Shown: positions 25,801 through 31,946, counted from the first letter of the stretch. The stretch: DNA of 64,000 nucleotides from Verrucomicrobiaceae bacterium (GCA_019694165.1 JAIBCL010000031.1:7708-71707); one strand, 5' to 3'. Notes: generated by a model not told the origin, from the letters alone. Numbers and translations: made by a program.

Positions 25801-28800
25801 CGGCGGCACGGTGGTCTTTGACCAGCGCATGACCGGCTCCCCCGGCACCGCACCGAACAACGTGGGCATCATCAAGATTGGCCGCGGCACCGTCACGCTC
25901 ATGAACGACGGTCTGGCCGCCGCCTCGGACGCGAATTTCTTCCTCGCTGGCGGCACGTTGCTTCTTGACCACACCACCGTCAACCTCGCCCGCGTGGGCA
26001 GCCAGACCACCACCTTCGCCGGCGGCACGCTCTACTCACTGCCGCACGAGAGCTTCCCTTCCACGGCAAATCTGGCGACGAACAATGCATCGAGCGTCAT
26101 CGCCCGCTTCAACACCGGCGGCTCCGAGATCGTGGCGGAAGCGGCCAACGGGCGGAACATGCTCATCAGCATAGGCAACAACAATGCCAACAACAACGGG
26201 GCCAACCTCACGCGTCAGCAGGGCGCGACGGTGAACTTTGTCGAATACCAGAGCGGTCCGAGCGGTGTGCCGCAGATCACGCTTGAATTCAATGCCTTCA
26301 CCACGGCCGCGATGAAGAATCGTGTGATCTCCTGGGCCACCTACGGCACCGCGCCGCGCACGGCCGTTGACTTCGCCATGTCTGATGCTGCCGCCATCGT
26401 CGGCAGCGTCACGGCCAATGACGTGCGTGCTTTCGGCCGCCCGGCGGATGAGTATGTGAATGACGTGTCCCAGTGGACCACGGGCATCGATGTCTCCGAG
26501 TTCGGCCCCGGCTACTTCGGCACCATCGGCACGTCCGTGGCCGTGAACACCCTGCGATTTGACACGCCCGGAGACGGTGCGGTGACCATTGCCGCCGGCC
26601 AGAAGCTCTCCTTGATCGGGGACCAGGTGACCGGCGGCGTGCTCGTGGACTCGAATGTCGGAAGCTCCAACAAGAGCATCACCGGCGGAGCCATCGACGC
26701 CGCAGTGGTGCAGTTCACCGGTGATATCAAGTTCCTCAAGAACTACACCGGTACGCTGGCCAGCGGCAGCAACACCATCACTGCCGTCTCCGCTACTGAC
26801 GGATTGGTCGTGGGCATGCCGATTACGGGCACGGGCATTCCTGCCAACGCCACCATCACCGCCATCAATTCGGGTGCAGGGACCATCACGATGTCTGCCA
26901 ACGCTACTGCGGGCGGCAGTTCTGTGGCGCTGACTACTGATCCGGCTGACAATCTCATTTACAATGTCTCGTCCACGGCCAACCTCACTGTGGGTGCTCC
27001 CATCACCGGTGTGGGCTTGGCCGCGAACACGACGATCACCGCCATCAATGGCAGCACGCTCACGATTTCCGCTGATGCGACTTCCACCGTAGCGGCCGGT
27101 GGCATCGCGGCGGTCACGCCCGAAATCGTGTTTCACCAGTATGGGACCGGCAAGCTGATCGTGAACTCGAATGTGGGAATGGCACCGCTCGCACTCACGA
27201 GCGGAGCCACCACGAGCGGCTCTGCGAACGTGTCTGTCGCCTCCACCGCGGGTCTCGTCCCGGGTCTGGCGGTCACTGGAACGGGCATTCCCGCCAATAC
27301 GACGATCATCAAGGTCGTGGATGCCACCAACCTGGTCCTCAGTGCCAATGCCACGGCCACCGGCACGGGCCTTACGTTGACCGGCTACTCCGCCTCCGAC
27401 GTTGCCATCACCGGTCCGTCCACCACGACTCCATCTACCATCGGCACGTCGGGTGCCGTCGTGCTGGCGAATCCGCAGAACGGCTTTACCGGCAGACTCA
27501 TGATCGGCGGCGCGGCGGTCGAGTTTTCCGATGTCGGAGCGCTCGGCGTGAATCCCGCCTCCAGCGTCACCAATCAGATCACCATCAATGGCGGCACGCT
27601 CCGCTACACCGGCACGGGCTACGCAGACCTGCTCAACCGCGGCGTTCGCGTCGAGGGCAACGGCGCCGTCATCGACGTCATCGACTCCAACGGCGAACTG
27701 CGCATCTCCGGTGACCTGAATTCCGCCGGTACTTTCCGCGGCGATCTCGTCAAGGTAGGCACCGGCACCCTCACCCTCGGGGCCACGAACAACGCCAACT
27801 TCGGCGGCCTTCTCGACATCCGGCAAGGCACGCTCCGCCTCGCTGAAGTGGGCACCGCCGCGCCCGGCACGACGACGATCATGGGCAGCAATATCAGTTA
27901 CGCCGACGGCACCATCTTCCGCACCGGCGCTGACTTCGCCATCCAGATGGGCAATGGCAACAACGCCGGCGACTTTACGATGGAAGAGTGGATCACGTTT
28001 GAGGGCACGAACTACGTGACCGTGGGCACCATCAGCGCCAACGCAAACAACGTCACCAATTTCGCGAATCCCGGCAGCGCCCGCGGCATCAACCTCCAGG
28101 GCGTGCTGAGCGTCAACGGGCCGATCACCATCGACACGGTGAACACCCAGATCCTCCGCCTGAACAACGCCGCCGGCTACATGACCGGCAGCGGCGACAT
28201 CACCAAGGACGGGCAGGGGACGCTCGAATTCCGCGGCAATACGCCCGACTGGACCGGCTCGCTGAACATCAAGCAGGGCACGGTGCTCGTGGCGAACCAG
28301 GCCGATGCGCTCGGCACCGGCTATCTGACGAACAAGACCATCACGCTGGGCAGCAACGAGCGTCAGGGTGTGGCCTCCCTGCTCATCTCAAATCCGGACA
28401 ACATCCAGAACCACGTCTTCGAGGTGAACAACCCCATCAACGTCGTGTACAGCCGCGCGCAGACCAAGCGCATCGGCATCGACAACATCTCCAACGGCGA
28501 CACCGTGAACTTCAACGGCGACATCACGGTGAATGACAACCTCATCCTGCTTATGCGCGACACCACCATCAGCGCCGGCGGCGAGCAGGCATACGTGAAC
28601 TTCAACGGCAAGTTCAAGGACGGTGCCGTTACCGGCGGCAACATCGTCGTGCAGACCGATGACTCCGACACCACCGCGAACAACCTCACCAACGGACGCA
28701 CCTACGGCTACGCCCTGCTCAACGCCGACAACAGCGCATGGACTGGCGACCTCACCATCAGCACCAACCTCACCTACAACCAGGACAACACCGCCATCGT

Positions 28801-29914
28801 CCGCCTCAACCACGCCACCGCGCTCACCGCGGCCAACGACGTGACGATGAACTTCAATTCCATCCTCCAGGTCGGCGGCGGCGCGCGCGCCATCGGCTCG
28901 CTCACCACGCAGGGCGGCACAGGTCCATTCTTCGGCGATGCAGGCACCATGTCCGCCAGCACGAATGGCAGCAGCGAGATCATCGAAAATGCGGCCTCCG
29001 CCATCGGCACGCTCACGATAAACCAGACCACGCCTGCCGCCGTGGAGAACGTGTGGGACGCCAAGTTCCGCGACGGCACGCTCAACAGCGCCTTCCTCGC
29101 GCCCGGTGCCAACACAAGCCAGCCTTCCGCCGCGCTGAACCTCGTGAAGGCCGGCGGCGGCTGGGCCACCCTCACGCTCGACAACGACTACACCGGCACG
29201 ACCACTGTGGCGGCTGGCATTTTGCAAGTGGGCAAAAACAACGTGGGTGACACCGGGGCGCCCAATGCCGCCGGCCTCACCGTGAACGCCGCCGCCACGC
29301 TCGCCGGTACGGGCATCGTGAACGGCAATGCCGTCGTGCAGACCGGCGCAAATCTCCAGCCAGGCGACTTGGCCGGTGCGCTCATGGGCACGCTCACGTT
29401 TAATGGCAATGCTACCCTGCAGACCGGCTCGATCACCACCCTTCAAGCCCAGCGTGCCACCTACAACCATCCGGGCTTCACCAGCGGCACCGGTTACATG
29501 GGCTGGCTGGGCGCCATCCCGGGCGACTCCTACTCGAATGTCCTGAGTGATCCCGTGCTCACCACCCAGCATGACATGATCAATGTCCTCGGCGCACTCA
29601 CCTGGAGCACAGGCGCCAAGATTGTGGTCACCAACAACGGCTATACGCCCAGCGTCGGTGACGTTTTCGACCTCTTGGACTGGTTCAGCGTCGTCGGTTC
29701 GATCAACGTGGGATCACAGTTCCGCACCGGTACGGAAACCGGCACCGACCTTGATCTGTTCGAGCTTGGCGGTGACTACCGCTGGGACACCACCCTGTTC
29801 AATTCCAACGGCATCCTTGTCGTCACCATTCCGGGCGTCATTCCCGAGCCTGGCCGTGCGATGCTGGTCTTCGGCGGCCTGCTCGGACTCTTCTTCCGAC
29901 GCCGTCGTCGTTAA
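10892..29914 (+). CDS. Giant PEP-CTERM surface protein, paralog B (6340 aa). N-terminal signal peptide, autotransporter-associated beta-strand repeat arrays, C-terminal PEP-CTERM anchor.
   Basis: N-terminus MNILRKHRAALASLMLLATLFWSTFGYA is a typical Sec signal peptide. C-terminus is IPEPGRAMLVFGGLLGLFFRRRRR (PEP-CTERM). Residues from about 2290 to the end are colinear with gene A and roughly half identical by eye. Single uninterrupted ORF of 19 kb. Confidence 0.88.
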   Translation: MNILRKHRAALASLMLLATLFWSTFGYADTLYKTNSGSNTYLNVPYSTLGSPLPFNLTYGEGVAISAADILAFNNIVNVASTFRVGAAANDSISLNGISMGDADGAVTISNGFVTSGSDILGLTQTIKIGSGGIDLSKAVNNLTIGTEGTTAQGGVLTAASGSLGFSTLADQTWTIRNNRTLTFTNTPIALANNVTVSFVGGNTGGTVGNVAVNGNISGSGNLTLTGQNGGSGGVVTLYGDNSSWTGGASISGGSRLNLEYTGTQNKLNNSGTVAINRGTLNLQGTGSGTEIVGGLTLGQGLNQMSRSSGSVVLQVGPITSTAAGAGLNLGNIGTTASNSFLITSNPVTKGTLGSNLVAINALSGIDWVKTVVYTPPTGPNESRVVALSSGDYTTQNNLNNWTNPNQNILINGATTAGAAAPPTTTTIANLKVAHATLPGTQITANIGTGNTLMLNDGNNGGGIIRNQNGATVIGNLAGIGDSNLTAGGADDNTNDTLNLWNVQNTMTIHSLIVDNNLGGGTGALHLFTGGAGNVRLTADNTYSGGTTIAAGTLTLGANTLESDAANAGTGPITNFGTLLIDKTSTSVTALLNNISGTGSLTVSRGSVELDGTNTFTGDLNIGAGATVVAGTATALSSDSRVVMNAASGILDLAAMTVSPTIAALSGTQGTASVSIAAAQTLTLSGSDKARPGVNDSVLSATPQAYQGGITGAGGLVKNGVFNQQFSGAGVLSYTGATIINAGTIETTKAFATSGITVNGSGALISNVTNVVGGSVPVNLAGSASSWTIGAGFNQTVGSLVGVAGSRVITGAGANLTIGNNTGSAKTFSGVISGAGNVVISAASPVEFTGGNNYSGTTTVNQGILRVGATSQQEVLPDATAVTLANTAGVALDLNGRPETIGSLAGGGASGGNVTLGATGTLTMGGNNGTTTYGGVISGGTAGTTVITKTGNGTLTLSGTNTFAGNVIIRGTGGGLTLSGGTALADTVGVHNTGTGTTLTIIGNESLGPVTGGAGTTLALGASTLTSSYTNSAPANVAVSTADTDATVRVVKNINTAGLAPGQLITAASGITNAGSYIVQILNGDSILINQLPGAAATDIATVAVTTAGVLGSQVTGTTGGFVKTGPGLMILSGSNTFNGSITINDGTLRAGGGIWTGSKYAIQDTLGDGSPVIFPATGLQVLEFAVNATNLAPYERVPSISGGSTGGGTLAGTGPFTGSYINLSPTAGSTATAVALAVGNGNTDFTYNGNIGGLVGTLLVKEGSGLFTWNNGAGDSSISNFAGTLLIDAGKVTVGGATGMQSTSTLQMQNNSTIFTSTVTDGIGILSGGAGVTRPFANGQVGALAGNYISGVAPSLVINTGTTFTTNSTTNSAFNGVISGAGGFTKAGTSVFELRGAASYTGATTVSAGTLRLGSFGAATGLGAPGSGGFGSLATGTSLTLTASGATFDLNNATQSVTQIIGGTSGSTVAVGSGSLTFSAQTTQSSSTAFTSNANGVLNINGSGNLTLAVAQPGYSGRINIGTGQTLTLGAGGTNAARVNLATGATFALGASQSGTIGSLSGSGTLSVPTATFGLTVNQGGGLGSGAFSGAITGAGFLTVQDGSLKLAGNNTSTGGLNLTRGTLFLDYSTGATNIVPNTGALTLSGGMLLLKGNNTGDSAASTTLNAGASFIGAPAGDGSRLNLGAITRTVAGGTLQVMGNGTGSGAATSNAAGFIGGYATFGSSYLAESWAVSNGAAAAITALPLGSYVGTWSGTNHTDVNSSISATGTTQTVRFNANAANTITLTGNATVSSGGILLTENVGNNPSTITTGGAFTLAGNGTDLIVHQYNAYNSLLLDVVLASGGLTTAGPGTVILPRDQTATGAVAIGAGGKLQVGSGGTTGTLPTGAVTLLGVLDFNRSNAATVANSLTGGGWLIQEGAGALTLSGASASFSGRISVKNGSIIITRNTSVGSTLSGVAGISSVESGATYDLGNGTDISGSATIAEGIFLKGGTLRDNTTTAAQTAHTGVLGLLGATNTLASVTATDRFRIQSQILGMPDTSASAGAQPAGLVVGGAGITSIENVANQVFGTVTINNGATLSVGDAVAGSAGTLGGRMDIIDNGTLSYSSNDAHLVVGNAISGSGVLRVLRNNVYLTANNTVSGGTTVGSLTTGTVTDGVVLNIGNDTYTGSAGTGTLTLQAPTDASVNVRTHRNDDITISSLVLNPNNPSGTARNATFFRAGLGSVTLGNITVGQTATPGGTQRAIVQTDAGGKLNFSGTLTAGANNLMNIVNNNAVAFTGSASNTYDGVLSGNNVWAFGNTGTTTLTGVNTFNTTAYLQRGTLVMNNSLGTAMNDDVDVQVLRGTTLQANTFETIGALYTQKGGTVSVAAGQRLTMDDNTNQANWGTLTGAGDIKFDATGGAAWYTLLQNNNTFSGKPVIGSSSQISSVQVTSLTNAGLPSSLGTGSVIALGQPYSAQEARLEYIGAGSTTNRTIELGGGLVTSLAKTTGGATTSSTTLTLTDVTNVAVGMIISGTGITAGTKITAIDVPSKTLTLDTAATVAAAAAVNFFAATKTSGTAITNSTTIPIADTSGLATGMFVQGTGIQVGSKITSVGASSITIDNPATVAAAAALSFYSVFTPSATATTLRIEAGGTGPLVLNGPINAVSEGPKILVLHGQNADANTINGVINQTYLGSGSLSINVNPNVADDDRYGFGRWVLTNGGNNFSGNTTLTTGTLELKGDLKTGVETTSVFGDLSATRQISMGIAGFNGRRYDNQGGGDNLGAAANVGSMGTLVFNDPNPGTATLGPNITFFSASNSTTNPGRAQIVNDGTKVIVLQGNFTAANAGARAWTLDGTNTGINTISGIISDTANDGESVSIIKEGIGTWRLSGANTFEGGVTITRGVLQVAGGTALNDAATVTVSDAGADGLATINHGTFQVVTSETIGELAGNIGATTIIDAGQTLTLAGTSGTFSGVITGGGGITKTVTTINGATSAGTLTVPNLNTYTGPTQIGTHVVSAIPGASFTAGAASTVSVVYLANGGQPSGIGASSNAAANLILSNGANTSGGLNWTGFTNQSTDRLFTMGTGVGAATITANGTVVGTNAPALTFSNTGAIAFLATNQTGTLQLGGGTISDNTFSPQITNNGSSAISVSKIDAGMWLMTNSTSSYTGGTIINAGTLAVTAGGALGTGNVAIRGGAGNGLQLRGGVTLANNIDYSPFSTSTSDGGIGATGGGVNTISGTLAFNQTNGGTPGAAASAVLSNFRIGVDAGTTLDFTGKWTGAGISGTNGTGTITKFGPGTLTLSGANDYIAGNITVAGGTLKLNYAAQNNSKLVDSGTLTLGGAGAFTGLGVDDNVAGQSNVTGLSGGRVTLSGAANHAEIVGATTVGIGSNSVTRDAGSSALLHLNAISRSVGGTLDVGAAGFGITDTTNSTAGILGGWATVGKTDWAVTAGALSIGSVAWTTGTNTISTGALPNGTPIEFSGNIPNGLVGGKLYFIVNNTGATSQVSLTVGGTPETITASGSNGTIDRRAFITALPAAGYNNGLATDTYGLNFNTDVINFTTPTDVDVTPGVITNTMRFNQAGTHTLTLTDDLFLQTGGILVTPNSGNVTIAGATLQNNATGGGLEAVVIQQHSANGLQIDSVIQNNQTSFPLVNAQGITKSGTGKVILNAINTYTGTINLNEGELQVGGTLAAPGTPTNAMLGGGNNALNIAQGAQLTVNSSNPSALDLGTIQGGGNIVTTAANTQPLLLDGANGNWTGELTVGANTLLRVATDNNALGSNRGRTTLASGVVMQIEDARSLNELITFGTTNTVRILAALAQDTTNAVTLSGVLTFNNTSAAGLVFDTQIGALNTSSSLTLSGLLQGSNGFTKTGAGLLTISGNNFTDAIAGTTAINKTPSLFGQIRINEGELRIGNARALGATGVGNETVIASGASFDLRGNSLNFGDDDNPTREIISIAGTGLNGQGALRNSTGTANFSNLQLTGNATISGGGFANGSILSLTTYDTNTNNGSTLDGNFTRVRPTINGGGFDLTIFGGRMQDSVILQDPSFTSALNKIVIREGGLRIDKAVGPVSTFSGITAANVTNGIEIGYGGAGLADLLTPAAGVGPNVGARLNLLNNWDVHHTVAITMNGVLAAANNGVNYIDTSAATIPSSRTYLDGAITLSGAAMRNVFNIDSATSNNTVTEQGNLTASLQSKLIVGGAIGGSGGFTKTGFRELRLTNNNTFSGDLNVLRFGFTSVPWQTNTVNVNGVDYLTLGDAEGWSEYGLTLSGQNGAVSGTGNINLERRGMITLDNTTRLDLTSLVTGGNNNDRINDAANILLNHGWLRIIGGTVDNTESLATAFGAKVQVQSGTNILDLLPTEGAGASMTLTIGEISRSAGGVLRLVDLDSTSTFSTAGGADSVRVALGSIGTLAQTGAGTGATDKNVVIGLFGGIIPHTMGDDTRLLAFNNGNAADPLNQQRNLQFISGSHFMTYDGGFLRPLDDSEYFTPSDGLISTANGAAGQNVNLTDILSLENGSTLINALRFGPAADNNGSGGAINSGTKLTDYTQGHVVQLGIDGTLSIASGMISSAYFTVGNSADLRTITFGGSIDFGSSEAIINNQNGMVNLTNGAITNGNFEIRSNILGTGGLTKTGPSQVVLDGANTYTGVTTISDGAIFGRNGKSSFGASGAGNGIVVTGNGSLNTGSGMRVGSVAQPEDILVKALQGSQAVMGVNDDLTNWYGDLIIDNVDAARQVLFTPVVSFGTGATYLMNGDIYGGTSPVVSDINAIDSRLVQFNGGTNSTFIMRGQIGDRGVAGAPVPIADPISTLPTLAGTRTNENEVLRVNLTGNGETNFILDRQYNAAGRLTTIAGFMLVNYDPAAAGNDGTGFWTNTAISKIPNADSNNTTFALNGSTSQQGFALSGDVNSGVFLMRAGQSFNMSNWISASGGNGTKYIGGLNESGTVTYGNGFGSLAISGLAAQLYAAAGGTVVFDQRMTGSPGTAPNNVGIIKIGRGTVTLMNDGLAAASDANFFLAGGTLLLDHTTVNLARVGSQTTTFAGGTLYSLPHESFPSTANLATNNASSVIARFNTGGSEIVAEAANGRNMLISIGNNNANNNGANLTRQQGATVNFVEYQSGPSGVPQITLEFNAFTTAAMKNRVISWATYGTAPRTAVDFAMSDAAAIVGSVTANDVRAFGRPADEYVNDVSQWTTGIDVSEFGPGYFGTIGTSVAVNTLRFDTPGDGAVTIAAGQKLSLIGDQVTGGVLVDSNVGSSNKSITGGAIDAAVVQFTGDIKFLKNYTGTLASGSNTITAVSATDGLVVGMPITGTGIPANATITAINSGAGTITMSANATAGGSSVALTTDPADNLIYNVSSTANLTVGAPITGVGLAANTTITAINGSTLTISADATSTVAAGGIAAVTPEIVFHQYGTGKLIVNSNVGMAPLALTSGATTSGSANVSVASTAGLVPGLAVTGTGIPANTTIIKVVDATNLVLSANATATGTGLTLTGYSASDVAITGPSTTTPSTIGTSGAVVLANPQNGFTGRLMIGGAAVEFSDVGALGVNPASSVTNQITINGGTLRYTGTGYADLLNRGVRVEGNGAVIDVIDSNGELRISGDLNSAGTFRGDLVKVGTGTLTLGATNNANFGGLLDIRQGTLRLAEVGTAAPGTTTIMGSNISYADGTIFRTGADFAIQMGNGNNAGDFTMEEWITFEGTNYVTVGTISANANNVTNFANPGSARGINLQGVLSVNGPITIDTVNTQILRLNNAAGYMTGSGDITKDGQGTLEFRGNTPDWTGSLNIKQGTVLVANQADALGTGYLTNKTITLGSNERQGVASLLISNPDNIQNHVFEVNNPINVVYSRAQTKRIGIDNISNGDTVNFNGDITVNDNLILLMRDTTISAGGEQAYVNFNGKFKDGAVTGGNIVVQTDDSDTTANNLTNGRTYGYALLNADNSAWTGDLTISTNLTYNQDNTAIVRLNHATALTAANDVTMNFNSILQVGGGARAIGSLTTQGGTGPFFGDAGTMSASTNGSSEIIENAASAIGTLTINQTTPAAVENVWDAKFRDGTLNSAFLAPGANTSQPSAALNLVKAGGGWATLTLDNDYTGTTTVAAGILQVGKNNVGDTGAPNAAGLTVNAAATLAGTGIVNGNAVVQTGANLQPGDLAGALMGTLTFNGNATLQTGSITTLQAQRATYNHPGFTSGTGYMGWLGAIPGDSYSNVLSDPVLTTQHDMINVLGALTWSTGAKIVVTNNGYTPSVGDVFDLLDWFSVVGSINVGSQFRTGTETGTDLDLFELGGDYRWDTTLFNSNGILVVTIPGVIPEPGRAMLVFGGLLGLFFRRRRR
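18400..18760 (+). repeat. Two copies of a ~50-aa G-TGI-x-TKIT-x-I ... TL-x-D-x-AATVAAAAA repeat, present only in paralog B
   Basis: VTNVAVGMIISGTGITAGTKITAIDVPSKTLTLDTAATVAAAAAVNFF and TTIPIADTSGLATGMFVQGTGIQVGSKITSVGASSITIDNPATVAAAAALSF. There is no counterpart in the aligned part of gene A. Confidence 0.6.
26750..27400 (+). repeat. Three further copies of the same ~50-aa G-TGIPANTTITAIN ... TL-x-SANAT repeat, inserted in B relative to A
   Basis: VVGMPITGTGIPANATITAINSGAGTITMSANATAGG; TVGAPITGVGLAANTTITAINGSTLTISADATSTVAAGG; VPGLAVTGTGIPANTTIIKVVDATNLVLSANATATGTG. Gene A goes directly from ...FRGTLVTETVNSVHFD... to the downstream beta-strand repeats without this block. Confidence 0.6.
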
Positions 29915-30096
29915 CTCAGAACGGGACAGGCAGGCTGCGGAGCGGACGGGAGCTGCGGACGGCGGTCCGTTTGACGGACTCGCTGAAAAGCAGAAGTCGC
30001 AATTGAGTGGCCGGCCCGATACTTCCATGTATCCGGTGTCGTTCGTGGTTCCTCATGCCTGGATTTGGGCTGAGTTCGGCCGCCGCCCCTCGTCCT

Positions 30097-31932
30097 ATGT
30101 CCGAAGACGCCATCGCATCTCCGCTGCCGCGCCTGCTGCACTTTGCACGGCGGCACTGGCGCATGGCGTTGGCACAGCTCGCTCTCGCGGTGGCCGGCAC
30201 ATGCCTGATCCTCGTGTTTCCCGCCGTGGTGCAATGGTTCATCGACGACATCATACCGAACAAGAAGACCGATGAGCTGTACCGTGCCGCGGGACTTGCC
30301 GCCGCGGCTTTTGCCGTGCGTGAGTTGCTCTTCGCGTTCCGGACGCGGCTGAACACGGTCTTCGAGCAGCGCATGATCTTCGACCTGCGCGGCCAGCTTC
30401 ATCGGAAGGTGGCGCATCTGCCAGTCGCCTGGTTCGACAAGCAGAGCACGGGCGACATCATGACGCGCATGGCCGACGACGTGCCGGCGACGCAGCGCGT
30501 CATCCTCGAAGGCATCGAGCAGGGCGTGACGTCGATCCTGCAAATCATCATCAGCGCCGTGATGATGCTCGTCACCAACTGGCAGCTTGCGCTCTTTGTC
30601 ATGATTCCCACCCCATGGATCGCCGCAGGCGGATTCATCTTCTCCCGCTGGGTGCAGCCGAGAGCGAAGCTGGCCCGCGAAGCCTCCAGCCGGATGAACG
30701 CCCTGCTGCACGACACCGTCACCGGCATCCGCCAGATCAAGAGCTACACGGCGGAGGACGGCAAGCAGCGCGAGTTCAATGTGGCGAGCGATCACCTGCG
30801 TCGCGCGCAGACGCGGCTCATGACGGCGTGGGCTGTTTACAGCCCGCTCATGACCTTCTTCGGCAGCATGGGACTCGTGCTCTTGCTCGGCGTCGGCGCG
30901 TGGGGCTGCATCCACGGCAAGTGGTCGCTCGGCGAGCTGCTGAAGTTCATCTTCCTCATCGGCTTCTTCTTCGAGCCGATCTCGCGTCTGCACGGCGTGA
31001 ACCAGACGCTCTCCAGCGGACTCGCGAGCGCGCGGCGAGTCTTTGAAGTGCTCGATGCAGGCGGCGAGGAAGATCTGGTGAACGGTTGTGCGCTCGAGCG
31101 CGCTGAAGGTGCCATCGTCTTCAAGAACGTCACGTTTGGCTACGCGGACCGGCCTGTGATCCACGACGTGAACTTGCGCGTCGAGCCGCGCCAGACCGTG
31201 GCAATCGTCGGGGCCACCGGCTCCGGCAAATCGACTCTCTTTCAGCTCCTCGCCCGCTTCTACGACCCGCAGCGGGGCGAGATCGACATCGACGACGTGC
31301 CGATCACCGAATACAGCCGTGCTTCGCTGCGTGATGCCATCGGCTACGTGACGCAGGACGCCTTTCTCTTCGCCGGCACGATCCGCGACAATCTGAGCAT
31401 CGGCAAAGCTGACGCTGCCGAAGATGAAATGTGGAGCGCGCTGCGGCTCGCGTGCGCGGAGGAGTTCGTGCGCGCACTCGGTGCAGGAGCATCCGCCAAG
31501 GATTCGAGGCCGGACGCCGCGATGTCATCGAACAACGCGAGCGATACGCCGGAACTCTTGCGAGCTCCCCTTCAGTCCGGACTCGATTCCGAAGTCGGCG
31601 AGCGCGGCATCCGCCTCAGCGGCGGCGAGCGTCAGCGCATCGCCATCGCACGAGCCTTTTTGAAAAACGCGCCGATTCTCCTGCTCGACGAAGCAACCTC
31701 CGCCGTGGACACCAAGTCCGAGCATCTCATCCAGCAGGCGATCAATCAGCTCCGCCAAAACCGAACCTGTCTCGTTATCGCACATCGCCTTTCCACCGTG
31801 GTTGCTGCCGATCAGATCTACGTCATGCGTCTCGGACGCGTGCTCGCGCATGGAAAGCACCACGAACTCGTGAAGACCTGTCCCTACTACGCCGAGCTGG
31901 CAGCGCTGGCGTTTGACCAGCCGGAGGCTTGA
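30097..31932 (+). CDS. ABC transporter, fused permease + ATPase half-transporter of the exporter type (MsbA/ABCB-like)
   Basis: N-terminal 6-TM exporter domain (MSEDAIASPLPRLLHFARRHWRMALAQLALAVAGT...). Walker A GATGSGKST (31211-31237), signature LSGGERQRIAIARAFL (31615-31650), Walker B/D-loop ILLLDEATSAVD, H-loop AHRLSTV. The start is placed at the ATG at 30097; the track ORF begins at 30007, but the first 30 codons look non-native. Confidence 0.9.
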   Translation: MSEDAIASPLPRLLHFARRHWRMALAQLALAVAGTCLILVFPAVVQWFIDDIIPNKKTDELYRAAGLAAAAFAVRELLFAFRTRLNTVFEQRMIFDLRGQLHRKVAHLPVAWFDKQSTGDIMTRMADDVPATQRVILEGIEQGVTSILQIIISAVMMLVTNWQLALFVMIPTPWIAAGGFIFSRWVQPRAKLAREASSRMNALLHDTVTGIRQIKSYTAEDGKQREFNVASDHLRRAQTRLMTAWAVYSPLMTFFGSMGLVLLLGVGAWGCIHGKWSLGELLKFIFLIGFFFEPISRLHGVNQTLSSGLASARRVFEVLDAGGEEDLVNGCALERAEGAIVFKNVTFGYADRPVIHDVNLRVEPRQTVAIVGATGSGKSTLFQLLARFYDPQRGEIDIDDVPITEYSRASLRDAIGYVTQDAFLFAGTIRDNLSIGKADAAEDEMWSALRLACAEEFVRALGAGASAKDSRPDAAMSSNNASDTPELLRAPLQSGLDSEVGERGIRLSGGERQRIAIARAFLKNAPILLLDEATSAVDTKSEHLIQQAINQLRQNRTCLVIAHRLSTVVAADQIYVMRLGRVLAHGKHHELVKTCPYYAELAALAFDQPEA

Positions 31933-31946
31933 TCAGGGCGGCGGTT

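Larger units (their letters stand above)
17760..29914 (+). repeat. About 12 kb of gene B that is a diverged tandem duplicate of gene A 1..10785. DNA identity is locally high, e.g. B 23500-23590 versus A 4940-5030.
   Basis: Colinear protein alignment, e.g. A NTFNTGNTYIDKGIVVMNNASGTAMQDDNDIHVLQGATLRAANTETIGQLY versus B NTFNTTAYLQRGTLVMNNSLGTAMNDDVDVQVLRGTTLQANTFETIGALY. The last ~120 residues match closely in both (HDVVSVLGTLSWASGTTKLVVTNSGYNPVVGDIFDFFDWF... versus HDMINVLGALTWSTGAKIVVTNNGYTPSVGDVFDLLDWF...). Confidence 0.85.

Noticed and set aside
29690-29710. tRNA-like GGTTCGATC T-loop-like string
   Set aside because: It lies inside the coding region of gene B with no acceptor stem or anticodon arm context. 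No convincing tRNA anywhere in the window.
10892-29914. Regular periodic repeats inside the giant genes, considered as a possible CRISPR array or satellite DNA
   Set aside because: The repeats are degenerate, in-frame and coding (beta-strand repeat units). There are no identical direct repeats with unique spacers, so this is not CRISPR.
29955-29969. Hairpin GTCCGT-TTG-ACGGAC after gene B as a terminator
   Set aside because: The 3-nt loop is too tight and no U-tract follows. Not convincing.
29583-30275. 230-aa ORF bridging the gene B 3' end, the intergenic region and the ABC 5' end
   Set aside because: It runs in the +1 frame of two real genes across the intergenic spacer. No motifs, Ser/Ala/Arg-rich.
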